Positions 12,205 to 24,114 of a DNA stretch of 64,000 nucleotides are shown in pieces. The DNA is from Adineta vaga (Eukaryota; Animalia; Rotifera). The DNA lies in assembly GCA_021613535.1 (NCBI GenBank), contig CP075494.1:1240001-1304000 (forward strand), in the 5' to 3' direction. The stretch's first letter is position 1. Each line of letters begins with the position of its first letter. The notes under the pieces are model-generated. The model made no database searches, had not been told where the DNA came from, and saw only the letters and a list, made by a program, of their open reading frames with translations. A program made the position numbers and the translations under genes.

Positions 12205-14529
12205 TCAATAAGCTCCAGATACATATGAATCGTCTAACGTATCGTCATCATCAACACCAAGACTCATTCGATCACCATATTGCGAATCGAGTGTTTGGAT
12301 AGTTAACTTTGGTTTTTCGCGTTCTTTTCTTTTCTGTTTGTGCTCATAATATACTCGACGTTCATCAATTCTTCTCATTACAACTCCAGTATAATATCCA
12401 AAACCACCACCTGAAAGAGAGACAATACTTTATTTACACCAAATTTGTAAATATTTTTACCTGTCAGCTCAGCTATAACTGGTAAAAGTGATTGATGACC
12501 CTCGTTATATGATAATACAGCTATTGCTATACATAAATCAATGATTACACCAGTAGCATATTGATTTTTTGGTGCCAAATTCCATAAAACAGAATGAAAG
12601 CTTTCGTTGGCATTTTGAGAACCACCATTGATAACTTTCTGTAGTGTATCACCTGAACAAAAAAACGCTAAGTTGATATTTAACTTTTCAAAGATCTCAC
12701 CATGAGCTAATTCATCGAAGACCGGACGAATAGCTTTCATCACACCTAATGGTAATCGATGTGGATTGTGATCATATTCTTCACCTAGTAATAATATACA
12801 ATACAACACTTAGACGTTTTTATTTCTGATTACCTTTTTCTAGACATTTTAAATATCCACAATATTTTATTGAGCACCATTCATGGTGAGGTTCTTCGTT
12901 CGTCGAAGCCTATAATACGAGATTTCTTCGTTGAAATAAAGTTGCTTATCTCACATACTTTATGTTTCCATATAGCCCAAACTGAACGAATCATTTCGTC
13001 GAGATTTGTTTTGTTTCGAACAATAGCTTGACGATAATAGTATTTGAAATTAATCATCATTTCTAGAGGTAAAGAACAACTAGTTATAGTAGAAGCAGAA
13101 TTTACTAACGCTTTGTCATTCGACCTTTTCCACCTATACCAAGTTTTCCATCAATCTTTGTTTTCTTCAAATCTTCTGCTGCCTTTTGCAAACGGTGGTG
13201 CATCTTTTTCGAAAAATGATTTATGTCTTCCGTTTTTCTAATTGATACATCTTTATACGGAGGACTGTTAATTAATTTTGAAAAGACTTTTGAATCGCCG
13301 TCTCCTATGTAACTATAAATAAACAATATACGAAAAATATAACGATGAAATTCTATTTACTTTGTATATTGGACATTGTAAATTGCTTCAGAGCGTGAAA
13401 ATATCCGATATATTCCTTCCGCTTCCATGGAACCTAAATTAAGTTTCAGTTAAAATAAAAGCTTCTGAATAGAATAATACTTGATGAGCCCGAATGATTT
13501 TTTTCACATTGATGGTTTTTCTTGATTTCACGATACTTTACTGGATCTAAATCTTTCATACTGAGTGCCCCAATACAAACAGAACAAGTTTTGGATAATC
13601 TCTCTAAATCCAACACCTGTAAAAATAAAATGATGACATGAAGATATTTTATCTATTTTTTACCTTTGCATTGGGACCGACAGACATTATATCGACAACT
13701 CCATGGTTACTAGAAAACCACGTTTTGCCATGTTCCGTCACCACTAACTGTGAGTCTACGTTCATTTGATTCACGACATGCATCTGCTACTGCATTTTCA
13801 TGGAATGAAGCTTGTGTGATTCAAATACCGGAAGTATATGTGTAATTATACGAGAGAAATGATCTTCATCAACAGGAGGTGGAACATTCAAAGCACCACA
13901 GAATTTTGCAAGACCTTGATGACCAAATCCAACCAAATTTGCACCTAAGTATTGAATGAATTTGTACGTTATTAAACTATCAAGAATTAACTTACCAATT
14001 GCGCTCCGAATATTAATATCACGTCGAGAAGTTTTTGGACATTGTTTCGATGTATTGATTTTAATTTCATTACGGCAGTCGCATGTAAATATCAAAGAAC
14101 AATATAATCCTAAAATATATATGTAATCATTACGTTTCACACAAGAAAATAGAAAATAAACAGACCTTCTCGTTTGGAAACAGATATATTACCATTCCAT
14201 ATTGATTTACATGAGATGCAAATACTCTGTTTCATTAATTCTAATAAAAACGAATTATGAATTATTTGATAATAATCATTTTCTTTCACATCTTCAACAA
14301 TATCTGCATTTTGTTCAAGGTAACTAGATAATTTCCCAGCTGATGCACCGGCAAACGGACGTTTTTTGTACGTGAAATATTCATTAGTCGATTGATCTTT
14401 ATTTGAGATGAGTTCATTTTGTAACTGACTTGTCTTTTTTGCAACACTGGTAACGTTTTTACATGATGCAGATTTGTTTTCAACGAGCCGAATTTTTCTC
14501 TCCTTTTTTAAAACCGAGTCATGCGGCAT
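12205..14529 (-). pseudogene. Kolobok-type DDE transposase, multi-exon; three 1-nt homopolymer deletions versus copy 2
   Basis: Motifs YIGDGDSK, EDINHFSK, QNANESFH and C-terminal YVSGAY*. Deletions near 13715, 13725 and 13797 scramble the DGTWQKRG segment. Confidence 0.8.
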
Positions 14530-16176
14530 TGTAGACGATAAAATTGACCTGGAATAATCTAAAATCTAGAAAGGAAACATCATAAGTCTTGTTCCTGAGA
14601 AAAAATTATGCTAATTATAGCTTCGTTGTAATCTTGTTCAACTTTTACCAAAAACTGTCAGGTTTTTTAGTTTTTCTAAAGAAATATGTGAGTTATACTT
14701 TTCTAAAATACATGAATCATCCGAAAACAACAAGCCGAACCTATATCAACAGGACAGATGGTGCCAGTCTATGTAGTCCATTACGTGATGTGAAAAAGCG
14801 CGTTAAAATATAGGCGAAATACACGATTTTCAAGTCAATATTTTCTAATCTCGATAAAAAAATCACTTCGAAAACTTATTTTGCGTTTTTCTCAAAACAC
14901 CATTTTGAATAAGAAAAATTGCTATAACTCGGTCAATTTATGAGCTATACCCAATTTGTTTTTTTTGTTCGAAAGGTCTGAACGAGACGAAACTTTTCAT
15001 CAGACACTTTTTTTAAAATCAACTCCTGAGCTGAGAAAAATCAAATTTACTGTGATAAAAACACCGTTTTTTTAGTCCTCTGTACTAAAACAGCAGTAAA
15101 AAACAAATTATACATAATTTCAAAAATACGTTTGATGAAAAGTTGCGCCTTGAGACGGGCTTGAATTTGAGACCACCCCGGCCTCTGTAGCTCACACCGT
15201 GACCAAGTTATAGCAACTTTCCTAGAGGCCAAAAATGACCTATAAATGAGCTGTAAATCCGATTTAGTAAGACCGATCGGGCTCAAATTTTTACCAGAAG
15301 TATATCTCACTAAGATCACTCGTTCCTAAAAATTTCAGCCCGAACGTATCATCCTAAGTGGGGAATCGTTCCTGAGGGGGGGGGTCCCCTTAATTGGCGA
15401 ATTATTTTGGTACCCATGGTAATATTGTTAGGATTAGTCGACATAATAGTTGTAACGAAAGTTTAGCAAGTCTCACATCAATTTCTCTTAATCTGTGTGT
15501 TTTTTCTTAGCAAAAGAATAATTTGTTGTCCTTTAATGTAAAGAAAAATTATATTTATAAAGAAACAGTAAAATAGTAGAAATATTGTAGTTCAATTTCT
15601 TTCCACAAGACTAATTCAAATGAAAACGACTAAAAGTATAAGAAAATAATTAGAAAATTATGTCTTTTTTTCAATCTTTTAGCAGAATATTCTTTTCTTC
15701 TTTAATGTTGTTATAAATAAAATTATTATGAGTTTGTTGAAAAATAATTCCAATTAAAAAGTAAGTGAGAAATCTAATAAAAATACGTCATTTGAAGAAA
15801 ACGACTGATTGGATAAGTTTTAGATATTCTATATAAACATCAAGAAATATATGATTCATTTATATAGATATTTATTTATGCAAAAGCTTATCTCTATCCA
15901 GACAAGAATCGATCCATATTAGATGTATTGATGGATTCTTAACATTGTTTCAGAATCAGTTGATACAATTTCTGGCCTGTTTGATCCAAAGTCATATATA
16001 AAACATATAGCTTCTTCATTTTCCTCTCAAGAATGAACATAGTCTGGCAAAAGATATCACTCGATGAATAAACCAGATTGAAAGGAAAAAAATACAAATT
16101 GCCCTTTCTTTCTTTCTTTCTTTCTTTCTCTTTTCATCTTGCTTGTGTTCTTTCCACAGATACACATAAAACACAG

Positions 16177-17172
16177 ATGTTCTCTGCTGATAAAATTGAT
16201 TCTCGAATCTATCTCGGTAACCTAAAATCAGCACAAAACTTACCTTCAAATATTACTCATGTCTTAACTGTTCTTGATTTTCAACCAACATTTAAAGAAG
16301 ATAATTGTTCAGCCAAGATCAAACGTCTCTATATCAATTCTCATGATGTATCTCATATGGATCTTCTAAGTGAATTTGAACAATGTTATGATTTTATTGT
16401 ACAAGCATTAGAAGAAAATGACATGAATCAGGTGTTGATTCATTGCTATGCAGGGAGAAGTCGTAGTGCTACAATTGCTTTAATGTATTTGATGAAAAAG
16501 TATCAATACACTTATGAAGAAGCTGAGAAACATTTAAAACAAAGACGACCAGATATCGCAGTCAATGAAGGTATTTTTCTGAAGAAAATCTTTCTAAACT
16601 GATGAGTTTTTAATATAAGTATGTTGGATGATAAAAATAGGAGTTCGCATACACATAAGTTCTTTGTTTATCTCTTTTCTATCGCTATCTTTTCACTTAT
16701 TATTCATTATACAGGATTTAAACGTCAACTTCAACTTTTCTTCGAATTTGGATACACTATTGATCGTCAACACAAATGTTATCTGGCACATCAACTTGAA
16801 TGTCTTCGACTGAAGTATATTGAAACCTATGGTTATGAAGCAAAACGTCAAATAAAACAACAATTCTTAGCACTTCTCTCAGCTTCAGTATCGTCTGATG
16901 AAAGCTCTCCACCATACTATGCATGCAGAGAATGTAAAACAAAATTATTTACGGAGAAAGATGTCATTTATAAAGATTTGAATTACATCTATTTAACTTA
17001 TATTTCATTGATAGTTGAACAATTTGGTCCATATGCTCATGGTGATTTAAAGTGTCAAAAATGTGAGAAGAAATTGGACAGTTATCGATTACAAGGGAAA
17101 CTAGTAAATAATATACAACAAAAACCTTGTTTTGAGTTTGATTTAAAACTGCTTGTTGCAATAAATGAATGA
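16177..17172 (+). CDS. Dual-specificity phosphatase, DUSP12/Yvh1-like; exons 16177-16570 and 16715-17172
   Basis: IYLGN, catalytic HCYAGRSRS, N-EG-FKRQL across the intron, C-terminal YACREC...LKCQKC zinc-binding-like region. Confidence 0.85.
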
Positions 17173-17184
17173 GAAATTTGTTTT

Positions 17185-17242
17185 GGGTGTGGGTGTGGGT
17201 GTCGTAGAAAGCAATAAAGATACCTCACATCCACACCCACCC
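17185..17242. repeat. Telomere-like inverted hairpin element
   Basis: GGGTGTGGGTGTGGGTGT - spacer containing AATAAA - CCTCACATCCACACCCACCC; 13 nt after the phosphatase stop. Confidence 0.8.
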
Positions 17243-17431
17243 GAATCGGACACTAAGATATCCTACGTATCGGTTAAACGTTTTCGAAATTTATGCAATG
17301 GATACGTGTCAATATACAGATTCAAAGAAGTTCTTGTAGAAGATGGTTTAATCGATAAAGAAGAACGACTAATTGCTGCAAGAACAAAAAAATATAGCGT
17401 CGATTTTTTTTATTACATTTACTCTGATTTC

Positions 17432-17711
17432 TTTATTCCCGCCCGGGCAGACAAGGCTTATTTTATGCTGTTTCTACGTCGTAAAAAGTGTACATTTTCA
17501 TTCGTAGGAGCTCGTTAAAAGGTATGCTTTTATGCTTTAACGCTACAAAAACGGTTTTTTTTGTGGGGGGAGGGGGGGGGGTAATATGTCTTCCGGTACT
17601 ATCACAGTCGAAATCGATTCTTTCCTAATTAACTTATACGACATACTGGCGCATTTTACGACATAGAAACGCGTTTTTTTACTGATTTTGTCTGCCGATG
17701 GGTGAAATAAA
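17432..17711. mobile_element. Degenerate MITE-like inverted repeat
   Basis: TTTATTCCCGCCCGGGCAGACAA...GTTTCTACGTCGTAAAA pairs imperfectly with TTTTACGACATAGAAAC...TTGTCTGCCGATGGGTGAAATAAA. Confidence 0.5.
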
Positions 17712-17903
17712 AAGCATTGAATTATTTATTTTCGATGAAGCGATTTTTCTCTCTTAAAATTATAGTGTCGTAATGGCAACAGTTTGTTTTTATTCATCAA
17801 GGTAAAGCTATCAAGCGAAACGTTGTTCGCATTCGATTCGATTCTCTGTAAGGGAAAAAGAATGTAAGCATGAGTATTTTTGTAGATTGAAATTCATTTT
17901 CAA

Positions 17904-20900
17904 GTGGCATCGAACAATACCGACTCAATCGAAGAAGTGATTAACATTACACGTGTAATATGTTTGAAATATTTCGAAGAACCACGTATATTACCATGTT
18001 CACATACATATTGTTTGTCATCTATCAAAGAAGTTTCATCGACTACAAAGGGAGTATTTGAATGTCCAACGCGCGATGGAGTGACGATCGATAGTAAACA
18101 AATCGATTTTTTACCTCTGAATCGAATTGCGTCGTACGTATTTGATTGAAAAAACCGGGTTTTTTTTTCTTTGTCTTTTTTTCTTTTTATCTCAACATGA
18201 ATGTTCGAATTGTATGATAGCTACTGCTATCGAATGGTGTAATGATTGTAAAAATCGTTACTGTTCAGATTGCAGCAAAACCATTCATGGTTTACCAGCA
18301 TTTAAAAATCATCACTTAACTCAAGGGTCAATGGGATCATCAACGGTATTCCCATGTGATAAACATCCGGATGAAAAACTTAAATATTGGTGTAAAAACT
18401 CCGATTGTGAAACAGTCACTTGCCGTGATTGTCTATTGTTTGAACATAAAGATCATGAATATGTTCCTATAAATACTGTTGTCCATGATATCAAAGCAAC
18501 AGTAAAAAAGTCAACGAATTTATGAATAGAATTTGATCGATGTGTTATATTTAGATTGAAGGTGATTTACAAGTTATTCAATCTAATTTAAGCGAGAGAC
18601 TTATGGTACCGAATAGTTTGAAAGCTGAAATTGATTATATTATTCAAATGGATTTGAAAAAGTTCAGTGAAGGTATTGAACTTTTACGTCAAATTATCGA
18701 TGAACATGAGAAAGCAGTAATTCAACGAATCGAAGAGGTTGGAACGACAGATAAGAAGAAAATCGGAGATTATGAAAAGTATTTACAAAATGAACAATAA
18801 ACTTTTCATGTACAAAATGCACTCTTTCAAACGCTTACATTAACAGGCAACAATACGAAATTGTTTCAATTAAAACAAAAATTCTATGAATATACGAAAA
18901 AAACATTTGCTGATTTAATTCAACTTCACCCGCCTAATATCATAGACTGTTGTAGTGAAGGATTTGAACAATTGAAAACGTTGAAGAATGGTATTCATGA
19001 ATACGGACGTTATGTAGAAATTCCTCCATCAACAAACACGAAACTCAAAAAAGGTATTTTTTTAAATTCACAACAAACCAAATTTTCTGTCTATCATCAA
19101 ACGTTCGTCGCACAAGATATGAGATTTGTCATCGATGCACTACGAAATAATCCCGTAAGATCTATTTACAACAAACACTGTTTGTATCAATGATATTCTT
19201 TCTTCATAGACTGTGACTTCAATGAGTTTCTATGAAAGTCAGATCGATGAAAATACATTAAAATATATAATTGAAACATTGAAATACAATAAAGTAATCT
19301 CTTTGTTTTACTTTTATTTTCATGATATTTGTCTTTTATTCTATTTAGACATTGGCAACACTTACTCTGATTGCAAATGGTATCGATGCCGATAAAATTA
19401 AATTATTAGCAACTGGATTGCAAGAAAATAAAGTTATTTATCAATCCGATTGACGTGTTTTAGTAAAGGAAACTTTTCTTTTGATAGACTCTTGCAAACT
19501 TGGAATTGTTTAAAAATAATATTGGGGATGATGGTGTGCAGCATTTGGCTAATGCATTGAAACAAAACGCGGTATTGAATTACGTACATTTTGATTCTTT
19601 TATATTCTTTCTTTGAAGACATTGTTCAAACTCAGTCTGCATGAGAATGAATTTCATGTTGATGGAGCAAAATATCTAGCTGATATGTTGCGAGAAAATA
19701 AAGTAATTTGTGAAAATCTTATTGAAAACGAGTCAGACCTTTTATCGCAATATAGATATTGACTATTTTGAATATATCTGGCAATAATATTGGCGATATC
19801 GGAGCGCAAGATCTCGCCATGGCGTTGCAAGCAAATAAAGTAATCAAAAATCTTCTCTCATAAATAATTAGAAGGTAGAGTAGTAGAAGTAAGTCTATAA
19901 ATTAGTGAGGAGAAAACTGCTACGAAGAACATAGTAGGTTTTAACAAAAAATCATTTTATTTATTCAAGCTTTCGATAAGATCTTATCGAAAGGGCGTGG
20001 GTGAAGATTTCGTTGGTCTCTTCAACCGCCATTACACACCCACCCACACCAATACTCTCTGTCCTTGTCTTTCATGAATTTCTTATTGTAGACGCTGACA
20101 ACATTATATTTGATAGATAACAATTTTGGAGATGAAGGTGCAAATCATCTGGCAACTGCTTTACGAATAAATAAAGTAATCTCTTGAAACTCTTCTTCCT
20201 TTGCACATCGATTATCTTTATTCTTTAGACACTTTCTACGTTATTCTTGATGAGAAATTATATTGAAGATAAGGGAGCACAATATTTATCTGAAGTCCTG
20301 CGAAATAATCAGGTAACTCAGTTCATTTCATCTTCTATTGAATTTTCTATTCTACAAAGACACTCACTACATTGATACTCCATAATAATCGTATTTCTGA
20401 TAGTGAAATTAACTATCTGGACGATTCATTACAAGAAAACGAAGTAATTTATCTATTAGAAAACTTCTTGCTTGAAATACATTTATTAAAGACACTCACG
20501 ACGTTAGGTCTCGTTGACAATACGATAAATATTGACGGAGCAAAATATCTAGCTGATATATTACAACAGAACAAAGTAATTCCGTGCTTTGAAATGTTTT
20601 TATATTCTGATAATCTCGTAGACACTCACGACATTTGTTCTCGGTGGAAATAGTTTAGGGGATGAAGGAATAAAACATATAAGCGATGCATTACACTCAA
20701 ATCATGTAATTTAACATTTCGTTATCTCGAAAAGCTTTCTCTTTCCTTTTTCACAGACACTTCGCACACTATGTTTAATAAACGGCAGCTTTCGAGATGA
20801 AGGATTAAAACATCTCGCAGATACATTACGAGAAAATAAAGTCAGTCTTGTCCGTATTTCTCTTTTCATTTTCATCTTCATCTTCCAGACACTCACTACG

Positions 20901-21520
20901 TTAGTTCTGTACGAAAATAATATAAGTAATGATGGTGCACAATATTTCAGTGATGCATTAAAACAAAATCAGGTAAGTTATTGTCTAAGATTTTATATCT
21001 CCACTACTGTCTTAGACATTATCTACATTGGCTTTCATTGGGAATGGAATCAATGAAAACGGTGCAAAATCTATCGCCGATATTCTACAAAATAATCAAG
21101 TCATTTTTTAAATTCAGATCTTTTTTCTCGAATTCTTATTTTCTTCCTTCAGGCACTTTTGATACTAGCTATTCATAATAACGGAATTGGAGATAATGGA
21201 ATTAAATATATAGCTGATGCCTTACAGAACAATAATGTAAAACAAAAATCTAATAATTTTTCTCTCACATTTACTATCTTGTCTTTCAATAGACACTTAC
21301 TACAATAAGTTTATGCAATGCAAGCATCACAGACGATGGAATTATACATCTAGCCACTAAGTTACAACTTAATAATGTGACCTAAAAATGTTGTTTATTT
21401 CTGTTACATTGCTTTTTCATTTTTGTATAGACCTTGAGAAAACTAGATCTGAACGATGGCAGTGTATCATTTGGTGCGAGAGACCATTTGCGTGCTATTA
21501 CACGAAAACGAAAAGTATAA
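17904..21520 (+). pseudogene. RING - two B-boxes - coiled coil - RI-like LRR (TRIM-LRR) gene, apparently inactivated
   Basis: RING remnant (LPCSHTYC...FECP), B-boxes (CxxC...C...H; CDKH...C...CRDC...H..H), then 16 exons of 84 nt each encoding one 28-aa LRR (19210-21514). Lesions: GTG start, RING Cys losses, first acceptor apparently AG>AT near 18190, in-frame TAA at 18798-18800. Confidence 0.85.
19993..20050. repeat. Telomere-like inverted hairpin element inside an LRR intron
   Basis: GGGCGTGGGTG - spacer - CACACCCACCCACACC in the only long intron (19840-20091) of the LRR array. Confidence 0.65.
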
Positions 21521-22091
21521 ATTATTCTCTTATGTATACAATGAATAATATTTCATCCCATAGACACCAATAACGGTATATTACTCTTTTTTTGCATTCA
21601 AGGTCCTGAATGAAGTAGAATTTATAACGCGATTTTCTGCTATTTTTAAGTTTTCTTTTTATATTTAGATAGATACAGATCCACCACCTTATATTCAAGA
21701 AAATCTTTTATGCAATACTGCTCAACACTTTACTGAAATGTTACCAGAAATGCAGGTAATTCATTATTTTACTTCTATCATTTCCTATTTATTTTTCTAA
21801 ACTTATAGATATTTCCGGATTTTACTGAATTTCTCAATAATCTCAATTATTACACAACACGAAAAATGCTGATGCTAATATAGATCCGTTATAACACAAC
21901 CACAGGCATAAAAGAATATTTGTTCAATTTTATTCAAAACGTTGACTTTAACAAAAAAGAGTTTTAATTCGATTTGATATCAAATTTTTGTACTCGATGA
22001 TTATTAGAATCCACAACATAAATATTCCTTTGTTGATCAAATACTAAACTTATAGTACAAGCGAATCGATTCATTTCATACCCTTATCCAT

Positions 22092-22160
22092 TTGAGGATG
22101 GGTGTGGATAAAGATGAGAGTGGTCAAAGGGCGAGCAAAGACACTCACCCTCACCCACAC
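22092..22160. repeat. Telomere-like inverted hairpin element
   Basis: TTGAGGATGGGTGTGGAT - spacer - CACTCACCCTCACCCACAC; downstream of the TRIM-LRR gene. Confidence 0.7.
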
Positions 22161-23121
22161 GCTATAAATGTTGCATCAATTACTAATCTTTTGCAATTGT
22201 GCAAATTTACAAAAACAGATATTAAAAAGACTCAATTCGTAGTTTTTTATGGGCAGAATTTTATAATTATAGACTTGTCCTAGTCTTATTTCTAGTGACT
22301 GTCACAGATATACATTTCCTTAAGTGTTAACAAGAGTTACACACAAGCGAACATAAAAATGTTTTAAATAAAATCTCTTTCGTTTATAGATCATTATCAA
22401 AGAGATAAAAGCGAATTCATCTATTTCAGACAAAATTTGAAAAATGAAGTAGGGCCAATGTATAGTTTAACAGTATTTCATTCATGAAGTCTCACTGTTT
22501 TCTACTCGGGTAACTTTCATAGTGAAATTTTTTAAACTTCATTCTTATCATATGTATTGGAGGTGTGAGCAAAGAAAAAAGACTGTTATTATCTCCATAT
22601 GTTCAAATTCAATCAATTTTTTGAAAATGAATTAACTATTTAAGGGGACCCCCCCCCTCAGAAAATGTCATTTTTTCGAAAAAAATCGAAATTGAGTTTT
22701 TAGCATAGGAAGATGCGCCGTGTTTTCCTCTTTCAGAATATGTATAATTTGTTTAAAAATAATTGGATTTTCATGTACTTTTTGTATAAAACATATTACT
22801 TACTACCAGTATTTTTTCAAATTTTCGCTATTTTGGAGAATTTTTCAGTTTTGACGAAAACTGCATTACCAATTCTGGCAGTATTCAATAGTATCTTTTT
22901 GGAAAGATTACTAAGCTCTTACCGACATCCTGGCTGAGGGCTATATATCGATATGTCATACTCAGCACTAAATAGCTGGAGTGTATTGAACAGGATTCCA
23001 TTTAGGAAATTTAATGTAACTTCGAATGTGAACTGATGCTTTTTCTATGGAAGCTGCTTATTGTTGAACTCAGTTTAATAAATAAACAAACAACATAAAA
23101 ATAATTTTAAAAAACGTCAAT

Positions 23122-23884
23122 CTATGTACGAAAAAGTTCGATAAACGCTTGCAAAGTGAAGGTGACGTCTGGTTTTTGTGAATAGATTTTTTCATCGATA
23201 TCCGATGGATATAAGCAACGAACGATTTGTTTAATTAACGGTGGTAAATCATAAACTTCTTTCTTCGTTGTTTTTCTTTTTTGCTGTCGAATTTCGAATA
23301 TGAGTTGACGAAGCTGATTGAAAGTTTCTTGTCGACATTTTCGATCACGTGGTAAATCAAGCGGATTTATGTTTGTTGCTACTGTTGATGACGAGGAAGA
23401 TAAATTAACTGAATTTGTGCCTGTTGTGAGTGTTAATGTTGAGAACGATCGAGTGATTGATTTTGATTTACTAGAAAAAAGAAGAGTTTTTATTGACACC
23501 TAATACACTTTAAAAGAAGGATGCAAAGATTTAGTGAATATTTCGTCTGCTACTTTTAGATCCTTTGACTTAGTTTAACGATATATTTAAAGAAAGAACT
23601 GATACATACCTTACAGTATCGACCTTCTTGTTATTCGTAATATTTAATTTGAATGTTTTATTCAAATCGATTTTGCTGGACTCATCTGATTCATCTGAAC
23701 TGTTTGATTCATTGTTTGTTGTAGCATCTGATTCAGAATCGATGGCTGCTGTGTTTAGAAGATTGATACATAAATCAACAGCATCATCAGGTTTCAGGAT
23801 TTTCACTAGAGTGTCAGGTATAATAACGTTTTCCTTGTTAAACGCAGCACATAAGGCATTGTAACATATCTCGAAGTTGTTCAT
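23122..23884 (-). CDS. Transposon accessory ORF (KolX-like), copy 2
   Basis: Same translations as 11212-11974. Confidence 0.5.
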
Positions 23885-24114
23885 TGTGTCTTGAAATTCT
23901 AAAATGAAGAGAACGTATCAAAAGTACATTATTGATGTAATATGTAATCTGAAGTCATTAAAATTTGACTGTGAAGGAAGAAAAGACATGGTAATGCGTA
24001 TTTTAATTCTATTATAAAAAATAAAAGAGTTTTAAATAAAAGATGTTTATTCATAAATAGATGTATAAACAAGTAGAAAGACACTAAGAAACACTGCGCA
24101 TCAAAAAAGAAAAT

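Larger units (their letters stand above)
10735..15389 (-). mobile_element. Kolobok-type DNA transposon, copy 1 (4655 bp)
   Basis: TTAA TSD at 10731-10734 and 15390-15393. TIRs GGGGAC(n)TCAG ... CTGAG(n)TCCCC. Internal spliced DDE transposase plus a second ORF. Confidence 0.88.
6870..15444 (-). pseudogene. Large multi-pass membrane protein with three tandem Cys-rich extracellular modules; interrupted by Kolobok copy 1 and two frameshifts
   Basis: Module TM-CxC...GCxP...L.C...CAPxxCxY-TM repeats three times. Original ATG at 15444 (MSTNPNNITMGTKIIRQ) joins in frame to LINLNLFS when 10735-15393 is excised. Frameshifts near 8800 and 7690; GT-AG intron at ~8140-8086. Confidence 0.8.

Noticed and set aside
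10803-15319. ORFs 10803-11027, 14589-14813 and 15047-15319, and their copy-2 twins
   Set aside because: Lie in subterminal non-coding transposon DNA; duplication reflects element identity, not conservation
10735-15389. piggyBac assignment based on the TTAA TSD
   Set aside because: Termini are GGGG rather than CC(C/T), and the transposase motifs (DGTWQKRG, GDGDS, NANES) fit Kolobok-type enzymes
16177-17172. Functional link between the Yvh1-like phosphatase and the Rea1-like ATPase (both families act in 60S maturation)
   Set aside because: Both look like divergent paralogs and proximity in a eukaryotic genome is weak evidence
19210-21514. Periodic ~135-bp pattern resembling a repeat-spacer (CRISPR-like) array
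   Set aside because: Explained by 84-nt LRR exons alternating with GT-AG introns; no identical direct repeats and no cas genes
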